Shown in pieces: positions 32,751 through 42,122 of a stretch of 64,000 nucleotides of DNA (positions are counted from its first letter, which is position 1; each line of letters opens with the position of its first letter). The stretch is from an uncultured Clostridia bacterium (GTDB lineage Bacteria; Bacillota; Clostridia; Christensenellales; CAG-138). The position numbers and the translations under genes were made by a program. The notes under the pieces are model-generated. The model was not told the origin of the DNA. It saw only the letters and a list, made by a program, of their open reading frames with translations, and did not search any database. Where the stretch lies: NCBI GenBank assembly GCA_947166925.1, contig CAMVGD010000003.1, forward strand, positions 2,507 through 66,506, read 5' to 3'.

Positions 32751-33911
32751 ATGAAAAAACGAATTGTGATTCTGCTGATCTTCTGCCTGCTGCTTGCAGC
32801 CTGCACCTCGCCGAAGGAAACGGAAGCGAACCCTTCCTTTGAGACAACGGCCGCGCCAGCACAGGAGACGCCGGCAACGGAAATCGAGGAAACGCCGGAA
32901 CCCAAAATCGAGGAGACGCCCGCGCCGGAACCGTCAAAGGGACAGATCTTCTTATACGGGGAAGAGCATTCCAATCCCGTGTTTTTGAATAAAGAGCTCG
33001 AGATCTGGGGCGAATTCTATGCAAAAGGCAACCAGGATCTGTTCATTGAGATGCCGTACTACACGGCGGAACTGCTGAACATCTGGATGCATGAGGATTC
33101 GGATCGGATTCTGGAGGGTATCTATTGGGATTGGATCGGGACCCTGGCGTTTTCGACGGACTATCTCGGCTTTTTCAGGCAGATCAAACAGGATTATCCG
33201 GAAACCGTCTTTCACGGAACGGACGTCGGGCATCAGTATGATACCATCGGCGCGCGCTATCTTGACATGCTGAAGGAGGCGGGCAGGGAGGATTCGGAGG
33301 AGTATGCCCGCGCGAAGGAAATTATCGAACAGGGAAAGAAATTCTACAGTCTCCATCGGTTCGCTTACCGGGAAAACTGCATGGCGGAAAACTTTATCTG
33401 GGAATTCGACCGGCTCGGCGACAGGGATATTATGGGGATCTACGGCTGGCAGCATACGGATATTGACGCCATGGACTCTTCCGGAGAGGTAGACAGCATG
33501 GCAAAGCAGCTTGCCGCGCGGTACGGGGATCGGCTGCATGTCAAAAATCTGCGGTACGGCGATCCGATCCGGACGGACCGTATGGTAATTGCCGGAAAGG
33601 AATACGACTGCGACTATTACGGAACGGTCGATCTCGAATCAAAAATCCCTTCGTTGGGGGTCCGGTATCTGGAAGTCTGGAGCGTGGAAAACGCGTTCGA
33701 GGATCTTGCGCCCTACCCGGCAGTACAGGATGAGGACGGCGACAGATTCATCTGTATTCCCGATATGCCGGTGGAGCTTCAGCCGGGAACGGTGTATGTC
33801 GTTGACGTCGCGATGCAGGACGGATCGATCGATCACGGCGTTTACCGCTGCGACGGAACCCGTTTCGAAGGCGAACTGATCATCATACAGATCGATATTC
33901 CGGAAGCATAA
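32751..33911 (+). CDS. Lipoprotein; N-terminal domain resembles the Tiki/ChaN/erythromycin-esterase superfamily
   Basis: Lipobox LLLAAC. Ordered motifs GEEHSN ... YRENCMAENF ... GWQHTD. Weak motif-level call. Confidence 0.45.
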   Translation: MKKRIVILLIFCLLLAACTSPKETEANPSFETTAAPAQETPATEIEETPEPKIEETPAPEPSKGQIFLYGEEHSNPVFLNKELEIWGEFYAKGNQDLFIEMPYYTAELLNIWMHEDSDRILEGIYWDWIGTLAFSTDYLGFFRQIKQDYPETVFHGTDVGHQYDTIGARYLDMLKEAGREDSEEYARAKEIIEQGKKFYSLHRFAYRENCMAENFIWEFDRLGDRDIMGIYGWQHTDIDAMDSSGEVDSMAKQLAARYGDRLHVKNLRYGDPIRTDRMVIAGKEYDCDYYGTVDLESKIPSLGVRYLEVWSVENAFEDLAPYPAVQDEDGDRFICIPDMPVELQPGTVYVVDVAMQDGSIDHGVYRCDGTRFEGELIIIQIDIPEA

Positions 33912-33925
33912 CAACCGCGAAACCG

Positions 33926-33968
33926 AAAGAGGTTCTTCCCGAAACGGCGGTGGAACCTCTTTTCTTTG
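33926..33968 (+). terminator. Putative terminator
   Basis: 10-bp stem aaagaggttc / gaacctcttt with a 17-nt loop and a T-rich tail. Confidence 0.5.
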
Positions 33969-34039
33969 CAATGCGCTTGCGAAAGCAGCACGGATGTGAT
34001 AATATAATATTCGTAAAAATCTGTGCGGAGGCGGTCATT

Positions 34040-35410
34040 ATGCGGATCCTGATCAAAAACGGAACGATCGTGAAATCGACGGGAAGAAAACAGGCGGATA
34101 TGCTCATCGAGGACGGAAAGATTGCAAAGATCGCGGCGCATATGGACGCAAAAGCGGACCGTGTGATCGACGCATCCGGCTGTTATGTTTTTGCGGGATT
34201 CATCGACACGCACACGCATTTCGACCTCGATCTGGGCGTGACAGTGACCGCGGACGATTTTGAAAGCGGCACGAAGGCGGCGATCGTCGGCGGCACGACC
34301 ACGGTGCTGGATTTTGCGACGCAGGACCACGGCATGACGATGCACGACGCGCTCGGGCTCTGGCACAAAAAGGCGGAGAAGAGCAGCTGCAACTACGGCT
34401 TCCACATGGCGGTGTCCGAGTGGAATGACGCGCGCAAAGCCGAGGTCGACGATATGTTCAAAGCGGGGATCTCCTCGTTCAAGATGTACATGGTTTACGA
34501 CGCGATGCGTGTAAACGACGGGCAGATCTACGACGCGCAGAAGTTCATCGGCGCTCGCGGCGGCGTGATCGGCGTGCATTGCGAAAACTACGACGTTTTG
34601 CAGGCGCGGATCGCGGAGGAAAAGGCAAAGGGTCATCTCGACCCGACCGCGCATCCGGTCACGCGTCCGCAGGCGGTCGAAGCCGAAGGCGTGGCGCGGC
34701 TGATGCGGATCGCGGAGCTTTCCGATTCGCCCGCATGGGTGGTGCATCTGTCCACGGGGGACGGACTTCGTGAAGTCCGTGCGGCGCGGAAGCGCGGCGT
34801 CGAGGTCTATGCCGAGACCTGCCCGCAGTATTTCACGCTCGACGTAAAACGCTATGCCGATCCGGACGGCGCAAAGTTTGTGATGTCGCCGCCGCTTCGG
34901 GAAGCGAAGGACCGCGCGGCGATCCTTGACGGCATGAAACGGAAGGACATCGACTTCATCGGCACGGACCACTGCTCGTTCACGATGGCGCAGAAGGCGA
35001 TGGGGAAGGACGATTTCACGAAGATCCCGAACGGCGGTGCGGGCGTACAGAACCGCGCGGAGCTTGTCTATACCTACGCAGTGAAGACCGGCGCGATCAC
35101 GCTCGAGCAGATGGCGTTGCTGCTCTCCGAACGCGCGGCGCGGCTGTTCGGCATGTTCCCGCAAAAAGGCGCCCTGCGGGTCGGCAGCGACGCCGATCTC
35201 GTGATCTTCGATCCGAACGATCCGCATACGATCTCCTGGAAGACGAATCTGCATGCCTGCGACAATTCGCCCTATGAGGGGATGGAAGTCCTCGGACGCA
35301 CGCGCGACGTGCTCCTGAACGGCGAGCTCGTCGTGGAGCACGGAAAGCTCTTGAAGCCTTACTGTGGAAAATACGTCTTCCGCAAGCCCTCGGAAAGGTA
35401 CAGAAAATGA
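34040..35410 (+). CDS. Dihydropyrimidinase / D-hydantoinase (cyclic amidohydrolase)
   Basis: GFIDTHTHFDL metal motif, FKMYMVY and HCE blocks, 456 aa. Confidence 0.8.
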   Translation: MRILIKNGTIVKSTGRKQADMLIEDGKIAKIAAHMDAKADRVIDASGCYVFAGFIDTHTHFDLDLGVTVTADDFESGTKAAIVGGTTTVLDFATQDHGMTMHDALGLWHKKAEKSSCNYGFHMAVSEWNDARKAEVDDMFKAGISSFKMYMVYDAMRVNDGQIYDAQKFIGARGGVIGVHCENYDVLQARIAEEKAKGHLDPTAHPVTRPQAVEAEGVARLMRIAELSDSPAWVVHLSTGDGLREVRAARKRGVEVYAETCPQYFTLDVKRYADPDGAKFVMSPPLREAKDRAAILDGMKRKDIDFIGTDHCSFTMAQKAMGKDDFTKIPNGGAGVQNRAELVYTYAVKTGAITLEQMALLLSERAARLFGMFPQKGALRVGSDADLVIFDPNDPHTISWKTNLHACDNSPYEGMEVLGRTRDVLLNGELVVEHGKLLKPYCGKYVFRKPSERYRK

Positions 35411-37242
35411 AGATCGCACTGGTTCTGACGGCTGCCGGCAGCAGCAAGCGCTTCGGCAGCGACAAGCTGGCTTATCCGATCGACGGAAAGCCGATGCTCC
35501 TGCACGCGCTGGAGCTCTACGACCGGATCAGGGACCGGTTTGTTTCGCGTACGATCGTGCTGAAAACCGGCGCGGAGGAGCGCCGCATGGTCGCCGAACG
35601 CATGGAATACCGCGTGGCGGAGAACCCGGATCCCGAACGCGGGATCGCGTCGAGCGTCGTGATCGGCACGGAGGACGCGCTGAAAGGCGATCCGGACGGG
35701 ATTCTGTATGCGGTAGGGGATCAGCCCCGCGTGACGGAAAAAACCGTCAACGCGCTGATAGAAGCGTTTACGGAAGACCCGACGCGCATCGTTGCGCCGA
35801 TCGCCAACGACCGGCGCGGCAATCCGGTGCTGTTTCCGAAGGATCTGTTTTCGGAGCTCATGTCGATCACCGGCGACGTTGGAGGCAGTCAGGTCATTGC
35901 GCGGCATCCGGAACGGCTGACGACCGTCGAGGTCCCGCTTGCGGAGCTGTACGACATCGACACGCCGGGCAGGGAGGAACCGCGCTGGTATGTGCTGCAC
36001 GGCAATATCCTGAGCGTGCCGAAGCTCGGCGAGCTGGATGCGGTCAAGAACGGCTATCTTGTTCTGGACAGCGACGGCGTGATCGAGGGCGTCTTTGAAA
36101 CGCTGCCCGAATGCTTCGCAAACGGACAGCTCGCGGACTTCGGCGACGCGCTCATCATGCAGTCGTTTTGCGACATGCACCTGCACGCGCCGCAGTATCC
36201 GATGCTCGGCATGGGCATGGACCTGCCCCTTCTGGACTGGCTCAACACCTATACGTTCCGCACCGAGGCGCGGTTTGCCGATCCCGATTACGCGCGGATG
36301 CACTACCGTTCGCTTGCGGAACATCTGGTCAGCTTCGGCACGACGCGCGTTTCCATGTTTTCGTCGCTTCATACGGACGCGACGCTGGTGCTGATGGAGG
36401 AGCTCGAGCGTGCCGGGATCTCGGGTTATGTGGGCAAGGTCAATATGGACCGCAACAGCCCCGATTATTACTGTGAGACGACGGAGGAGAGCAAGCGCGA
36501 AACGCTGCGCTGGCTCGACGCCTGCGACCGGTTTTCCCGCATCCGCCCGATCATCACGCCGCGGTTCACGCCGTCCTGTACGAACGAGCTGATGGAATGG
36601 CTCGGCAGGATCGCGAGCGAACGGAACCTTCCGGTGCAGTCGCATCTTTCCGAGAACACGAGCGAGATCGCATGGGTGCGCGAACTGCATCCCGACTGCA
36701 AACAGTACTGGGAGACCTATGCAAAGTACGGTCTCTGGAAGAACGATACGCTGATGGCGCACTGCATTTACAGCGACGGGCGCGAGCGCGCGGCGATCAG
36801 GGAACACGGCGTGACCGTCGTGCACTGCGCGGACTCGAACACCAATATCTCGAGCGGCGTCGCGCCGATCCGCACGATGCTCGACGAGGGGATCAACGTG
36901 GTCCTGGGCAGCGATATCGCGGGAGGCGCGCAGCTTTCGATGCTGAACGTGATCCAGATGTCGATCCGCGCTTCCAAGATCAAGCGCATTGAAAGCGGCT
37001 GGACGCTGCCGTTCCTTTCCGTCGCGGAGGGGTACTACCTCGGCACGACCGCCGGCGCGCTGTACTTCGGCGCGAAACCGGGGTTCCGGCGGGGCGACAA
37101 GCTGCATGCCATAGTCATCGACGACCGCGAATACCCGGATACGGACCGGCTGACGCTGCGCGAGCGGTTCGACCGCGCGGTCTATATCGCCGAATCAAAG
37201 GACATCGTTGCGGTCTACGGCGACGGAAAACGATTGAAATAA
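35407..37242 (+). CDS. Fusion protein: MobA/MocA-like nucleotidyltransferase + guanine-deaminase-type amidohydrolase
   Basis: N-terminal LTAAGSSKRFG...GDQP. C-terminal CDMHLHAPQYP...PRFTPSC...SHLSENTSE...GSDIAGG. Single uninterrupted 611-aa frame; ATGA overlap with the upstream gene. Confidence 0.75.
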   Translation: MKIALVLTAAGSSKRFGSDKLAYPIDGKPMLLHALELYDRIRDRFVSRTIVLKTGAEERRMVAERMEYRVAENPDPERGIASSVVIGTEDALKGDPDGILYAVGDQPRVTEKTVNALIEAFTEDPTRIVAPIANDRRGNPVLFPKDLFSELMSITGDVGGSQVIARHPERLTTVEVPLAELYDIDTPGREEPRWYVLHGNILSVPKLGELDAVKNGYLVLDSDGVIEGVFETLPECFANGQLADFGDALIMQSFCDMHLHAPQYPMLGMGMDLPLLDWLNTYTFRTEARFADPDYARMHYRSLAEHLVSFGTTRVSMFSSLHTDATLVLMEELERAGISGYVGKVNMDRNSPDYYCETTEESKRETLRWLDACDRFSRIRPIITPRFTPSCTNELMEWLGRIASERNLPVQSHLSENTSEIAWVRELHPDCKQYWETYAKYGLWKNDTLMAHCIYSDGRERAAIREHGVTVVHCADSNTNISSGVAPIRTMLDEGINVVLGSDIAGGAQLSMLNVIQMSIRASKIKRIESGWTLPFLSVAEGYYLGTTAGALYFGAKPGFRRGDKLHAIVIDDREYPDTDRLTLRERFDRAVYIAESKDIVAVYGDGKRLK

Positions 37243-37258
37243 TGCATGAAACAAAACG

Positions 37259-37297
37259 AAAATCACATCCTATCCGAAAAGGACGGGATGTGATTTT
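37259..37297. terminator. 12-bp hairpin (A-tract/T-tract arms) after the fusion gene, abutting the next ATG
   Basis: aaaatcacatcc-N15-ggatgtgatttt. Confidence 0.6.
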
Positions 37298-37873
37298 ATG
37301 TGGACTGCAAGGACCCTGCTGCTTGTTTTGCTGCTGCTGACCGGCGGAGGCTGGTTTGACGCAATGCTGTTCAGACGTGAAAAGATCGCGCTTCTTTGCC
37401 TTGCGCCGGTCGTATTCGGATTGAGCTTTCTTCCGACGCTTCGCACGCCTTCCGTGCGGCTCTGCTTTGCCCCGTGCGCGCTTGCGCTGACCGCGGCGCT
37501 GCTGTGCCCGACGGATCATCCGTTCGGCGCGCTGATCGCCGCGCTTTTCAGCGGCTTTGTCGGCTGGAAGCTCTGCGACACGTTTCCGCTGTTCTTCGAG
37601 CAGGGATGGCTGACCGCGGCGCCGACGCTGCTGTTCTGCGCGCTGTTCTGCCGCGACGTAAACGCAAAGGCGCTCGCGATCGCCGCGGCGCCTCTTGTGA
37701 TGCTGTTCTTTCAGATGATCGGAGATTATATGCTGTTCCGCAGCGCCGTACTGGAGCTCGGCAGCGGCGATGCGCTTACGGCGCAGTCATCGGGGATTCT
37801 GTTTCTTCTTTGCGGCGGACTTGTCCGCGATCGGATCGGGGAGATCCGGTGCCGTCTGCGCGCGCCCGCATAA
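37298..37873 (+). CDS. Hypothetical polytopic membrane protein
   Basis: Coding-like GC3 and hydrophobic helices. The ATG abuts a 12-bp hairpin, and the 3' 87 nt overlap the convergent gene. Confidence 0.4.
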   Translation: MWTARTLLLVLLLLTGGGWFDAMLFRREKIALLCLAPVVFGLSFLPTLRTPSVRLCFAPCALALTAALLCPTDHPFGALIAALFSGFVGWKLCDTFPLFFEQGWLTAAPTLLFCALFCRDVNAKALAIAAAPLVMLFFQMIGDYMLFRSAVLELGSGDALTAQSSGILFLLCGGLVRDRIGEIRCRLRAPA

Positions 37874-39163
37874 TGCGGCGGCGATCAGCGCGGTCAGCGG
37901 CACGGCAAGAATGAGCCCGATGCTGCCGGATATGCCGGTAATGACCTCGTGCGTGATATAGTCGCCGGAGAGGATCGCCTTGATATCCCAGTTATAGTAT
38001 CTGATCAGGATCAGATTGACGAGGGCGCCGCCGGTAAACGCAAGGATCAGCGTGTTCGTCATCGTACCGACCGCGTCGCGTCCGATGCGCATGCCGCTTT
38101 TGAACAGCGCGGAGAAGCCCATATCCGGATTGACCGTTTTGAGCTCGTTGATCGAGGACGCAATGCTCATCGCGACGTCCATCACGGCGCCGAGCGCGGA
38201 GATGATGATGCCGGAAACGAACAGCCCGCGGATGTTGATCAGCGTGCCCTGATACTTCGCCTGGATCAGCGTATCGGTTTCGGCGACGTTGTATTCGAGT
38301 CCGTCAAGATGCGCGAGCCGGCTTGCGATCAGGGCAAACACGCAGGCGACCGAAAAGCCTGCGACCGTGCCGAGGATCGCCGAAAGCGTCTTGCGGCTCA
38401 GCCCGTCGAGCAGAAGGAAGCACACGATCGTCACAAGGACGCAGAGGATCAGCGTCAACGGGATCGCGAGAAAGCCCTTCAGCAGCGCGGGAACGAGAAT
38501 GAAGACGACGGCGGCAAGCGTCAGCGCAAGACCGAGGATCGAACGAAAACCGACTTTTCCGCCGACGATCAGCGTCACCAGCAGAAAGATAGCCGCGAGC
38601 CCGGCAAGCAGCCATTGACGGTTGTAATTCATGACGGAAACGGAAAGCGCGGGGGACGCATCCGATGCGCTTTCACGCTTTGCAAGCAGGAAAACCAGCA
38701 GCGACGTGCCCTTTTCGGCATGCTTGTCAAACAGCTTGCTCATGTAATTCATGACTTCCAGCCGCTGCCCCTTGTATTCGCCGGTCGTGATCTCGACCAG
38801 AAGCTTCTGCGAGCCGACCCGCACGTTCTCGGTCAGCTCGTCCTCGTGCGAATCGTCCTCGAGCACTTCAAGCACCGTCGCATAGGCATAGGAGACCGAT
38901 TGCAGCGCGTCTTCGGAATCCGCATAGCCTTCCGGCAGCGCGCCGTTTTCAAACAGGATACGGTTGCTGTCCGCCGCAAGCGCAAGGTGCGTGAAATAGA
39001 CCTGCTTCGCGTCGTCCCGGTCGGCGTTGTACTTTGCGATCGGACGGCGTATCCACAGGGCAAACACCACGCCCGCCGCAACGAGCAGAACAACGATCGC
39101 GGCGGCGATCCATGTTTTCGGCTGTTTCAGGGCGTTTCCCCGGTTTTTGATTCGTTCCTTCAT
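37787..39163 (-). CDS. YibE/F-like polytopic membrane protein
   Basis: N-terminal TM, extracytoplasmic segment, then 6-7 TM helices. Internal ATG of track ORF 37787..39484. The family call is from overall architecture. Confidence 0.5.
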   Translation of the reverse strand: MKERIKNRGNALKQPKTWIAAAIVVLLVAAGVVFALWIRRPIAKYNADRDDAKQVYFTHLALAADSNRILFENGALPEGYADSEDALQSVSYAYATVLEVLEDDSHEDELTENVRVGSQKLLVEITTGEYKGQRLEVMNYMSKLFDKHAEKGTSLLVFLLAKRESASDASPALSVSVMNYNRQWLLAGLAAIFLLVTLIVGGKVGFRSILGLALTLAAVVFILVPALLKGFLAIPLTLILCVLVTIVCFLLLDGLSRKTLSAILGTVAGFSVACVFALIASRLAHLDGLEYNVAETDTLIQAKYQGTLINIRGLFVSGIIISALGAVMDVAMSIASSINELKTVNPDMGFSALFKSGMRIGRDAVGTMTNTLILAFTGGALVNLILIRYYNWDIKAILSGDYITHEVITGISGSIGLILAVPLTALIAAALCGRAQTAPDLPDPIADKSAAKKKQNPR

Positions 39164-39297
39164 GTCGTCATTATACTGCCCGCCGCTTCGATCCGTCAAG
39201 AAAAAACACCGCCCGCGAGGGAGGAAAAGGAACGGGAAAACCAAACAGCCGCAGACCGCACATGGATCTGCGGCTTTGACGCCGGATACGATCCGGC

Positions 39298-39945
39298 TTA
39301 TCGTTCGGTCAGTACTCCGTTTTTCAGCTCCAGAACGGCGTCGGCTTCCTTTGCTGCGGCCATATCGTGCGTGATCAGAATGACGCCGCGTCCCTGCGCA
39401 TGCTCCCGGCGCAGCAAGTCGAAAATGATCCCGCGGTTTTTCGGGTCCAGATTGCCGGTAGGTTCGTCGGCAAGGAGCAGGCACGGATCGAGGATCAGCG
39501 CCCGTGCGATCGCGACACGCTGTTTTTCACCGCCGGACAGCGTTAAGACACTTTGATCCAGCAGCGGTTTGATATCCAGCGCCTCGGCAAGCGCATCGAG
39601 ACTTCGCCTTTTTGATTTCGGCGCATACAGCGCCGGCAGAAGGATGTTTTCGCGGCAAGTCAGCGTCGGGATCAGATGGTAGCTTTGAAAGATAAATCCT
39701 ATGTACCGTAAACGCAGCTTCGCGTAATCCGTATGATTGCGGATCAGATTGCCGTTGAAGCGGTATACGCCGCCGTCGTAGCGCTCCACAAGTCCGAGAA
39801 TGTTCAGAAGCGTCGATTTGCCCGAGCCGGATTTCCCTACGATCGCAAGATAGCTGTTCCGGTCGATATGCAGATTGATATCCTTCAGCACAGGCCTTGC
39901 ATAGCTTTTTTGAAGATGCAGGAGGTCAATGGAGAACTCATTCAT
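39298..39945 (-). CDS. ABC transporter ATP-binding protein (MacB/YknY-like)
   Basis: Walker A GKSGSGKST, signature LSGGEKQR, Walker B LLLADEPT. Confidence 0.9.
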   Translation of the reverse strand: MNEFSIDLLHLQKSYARPVLKDINLHIDRNSYLAIVGKSGSGKSTLLNILGLVERYDGGVYRFNGNLIRNHTDYAKLRLRYIGFIFQSYHLIPTLTCRENILLPALYAPKSKRRSLDALAEALDIKPLLDQSVLTLSGGEKQRVAIARALILDPCLLLADEPTGNLDPKNRGIIFDLLRREHAQGRGVILITHDMAAAKEADAVLELKNGVLTER

Positions 39946-40801
39946 TTGCGTCACCGCCTGTGATCGCGCGATACCCGGCGTCGAAGCAATCGCCCTCGCT
40001 GACGCCGGAAACACAGACGACAGAGCCGTTGCTGTAACCGACTTCGACCCGGATCTCATCAAGGAAGAATCCGTCCTCCGTCACACGGCGGGCGTACCAT
40101 TCACCCGAGCCGGGCTCCTTTTCATACAGGCAGCCGGGGTCCATGACAAGCGTGCTCAGATACTGCTTTCCGGTCAGGATCCGGAGCGCTTTGACGTCCA
40201 TGCCGTACACATAGGATCCGGAATCGATGTGAAGCCGGATCGCCGTATTGCCGTCGCTGTTTTTCATGCGCGAGGCATATGTGACCGCAACCGCTTCGCC
40301 CGCCTCGGTTTTCAGCGTGTCTTTGCTGCGTTCGAGCGTTTTCAGGGTCTTTGCATCGACGAAACAGGCAAGCTCCACGGGCTCCAAAAGCTGCACCCTC
40401 ATGTACGGTGCTTTGACATAGAGGTTGATCTCGCGGACGATCCCGGTCAGCTCGGACAGGATTTCCTCGCCGTTCAGAAGTGCGATCGCCTGCCCCTCCT
40501 GTATCTCGTCGCCTTCGCGCACGTACCAGCGGGCATTTGAGATGTCCCGTTGCCTGAGATCCATATACGCATAGGCGTCGGAGGTACAGACGCCGGAGAC
40601 CGTGACGACCTCGCTGACGTCCGTACGGCGCGCCCGAACGATTTCGCCGTACGCCGTTTCGCGGAAGACAGGCGCGGGCTGCTTTTCATACTGTTTCATT
40701 TCGTCGCTTGAAATGCGGTAGATACAATAGATCGGCGCAAGCAGCAGAACCACGATAACGACCCAGAATACGGCTTTGCCGATGCCTTTCCAGACTTTCA
40801 T
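39938..40801 (-). CDS. Membrane-fusion/periplasmic-adaptor-like protein (HlyD/YknX-like)
   Basis: N-terminal TM and a lipoyl-like hairpin (VREGDEIQEGQAIALL...LTGIVREI). Overlaps the ATPase gene by 8 nt. Confidence 0.6.
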   Translation of the reverse strand: MKVWKGIGKAVFWVVIVVLLLAPIYCIYRISSDEMKQYEKQPAPVFRETAYGEIVRARRTDVSEVVTVSGVCTSDAYAYMDLRQRDISNARWYVREGDEIQEGQAIALLNGEEILSELTGIVREINLYVKAPYMRVQLLEPVELACFVDAKTLKTLERSKDTLKTEAGEAVAVTYASRMKNSDGNTAIRLHIDSGSYVYGMDVKALRILTGKQYLSTLVMDPGCLYEKEPGSGEWYARRVTEDGFFLDEIRVEVGYSNGSVVCVSGVSEGDCFDAGYRAITGGDANE

Positions 40802-40814
40802 ACAAACCTCCCAT

Positions 40815-42110
40815 TTATTCCGATTTGAGCTGATCCGCGATCCGTACCTGCGTTGATCGATAGGCGAAGATCAGACTGAATACCACTGTAAGAGCGGCGG
40901 CACACACGCCGAACATGATGAACGACTGCGGAGATACATAGACCGTCCATTGAAAATACTGTCCGTATTCGTTGGGCGTACGGTCATAGATGCATTTGTA
41001 CACGATCAGGAGATCAAAGACCAGCGCGACCGAGATCAGGATATTCATGAGCATCACGCACAGCCCCTCGTACAGGAACTGCATCACGATGTGTCCGGCG
41101 GATGCGCCGAGCGCACGCTTGACGCCGATCTCGAATCTGCGTGCATGCAGCGCGTTCTCAAAACAGGCATACAGGTTGATGCCGAGAATGACGAGCAGCG
41201 CCGTGCAGATGATCGCTTTTGTGCGCGTATCTGCTTTCAGAGCTTCGTTGGCGCGGTCCTGCGCTTCATATACGGCGCCGGCTTTATGATTCGGGATCAT
41301 GGAGTCGGCGAGCTTTGCAATTGATTCCGGACGGTCGGAAACGAAGATGATAAACGTACGGCTGACAAGATCGGGGTAATCCTTCGGATTTACGGCAGCC
41401 GATGAGAGCACAAGTTTCGGATGATACTGCGTGATGTTCAAAAACGCCTTGCCCTCCTGCGCACCTTCGCCGTGCGTGATTCCGATGGCGTTTTCGCCCG
41501 GTATCGTGCCGACGATGCGGAATGCTCCTTCAAAATGTACATCGGGAGACCAGTCGGAGCTGAGCGTACATCGCAGAACGCCGCCGCACGCCTTGCCGAC
41601 TGCCTCATAAAGCGGCTCGTCGACGATGATCTCGTCCGGTTTCAGGAAAATATCCTCGTGCGGCTTTCCGTCCAGCCAGGTGATCGGGATCGGATCGAAC
41701 GAAAACATCGTGTCGGAAGCCGCATCGTACAGCTTCGGGACGTGCGCGGGCAGAGAGACGATTTCCGGCCAGCCGAAGCTGTCCGGCTTTTCGCCCGTTT
41801 CCATGATCACGTTGGGAATATCGAGCCGAAAACCGGTGATCGTATAGTATAACAGGCTTTGCGTGTCGCCGATGTCCGCTGCTTTCTCGCGCAAAATGCG
41901 GTCGCGGTATGCGTCGGTTTCCGCAACGGAAAACACCAATCGCCGATCCCGCGCGAACACCTGCTTGTATTTGTTGTAATTCAGAGAATCGATACAGGCG
42001 AGATACCCCAAGAGCAGGGAAAAGGACAGAACGATCGTCACGGACAGCAGACGATAGCTTCGGATATTGCGCCGTACCATCTTTACGGCATGCGCGAACT
42101 TGCGTATCAA
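40815..42110 (-). CDS. FtsX-family (MacB-type) ABC transporter permease
   Basis: TM1, a roughly 250-aa extracytoplasmic domain, and a C-terminal FtsX 3-TM bundle (GVKRALGASAGHIV). TTG start lies 6 nt after AAGGAGGG. Confidence 0.75.
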   Translation of the reverse strand: MIRKFAHAVKMVRRNIRSYRLLSVTIVLSFSLLLGYLACIDSLNYNKYKQVFARDRRLVFSVAETDAYRDRILREKAADIGDTQSLLYYTITGFRLDIPNVIMETGEKPDSFGWPEIVSLPAHVPKLYDAASDTMFSFDPIPITWLDGKPHEDIFLKPDEIIVDEPLYEAVGKACGGVLRCTLSSDWSPDVHFEGAFRIVGTIPGENAIGITHGEGAQEGKAFLNITQYHPKLVLSSAAVNPKDYPDLVSRTFIIFVSDRPESIAKLADSMIPNHKAGAVYEAQDRANEALKADTRTKAIICTALLVILGINLYACFENALHARRFEIGVKRALGASAGHIVMQFLYEGLCVMLMNILISVALVFDLLIVYKCIYDRTPNEYGQYFQWTVYVSPQSFIMFGVCAAALTVVFSLIFAYRSTQVRIADQLKSE

Positions 42111-42122
42111 TCGAATCCCTCC

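Noticed and set aside
35359-37107. 582-aa minus-strand ORF, and similar long antisense ORFs (15070-16650, 33842-35419, 47608-48594, 49461-50741, 50807-51859, 13796-14794)
   Set aside because: All lie opposite genes with clear motifs and RBSs. Their translations are Arg/His/Asp-rich with no recognisable families.
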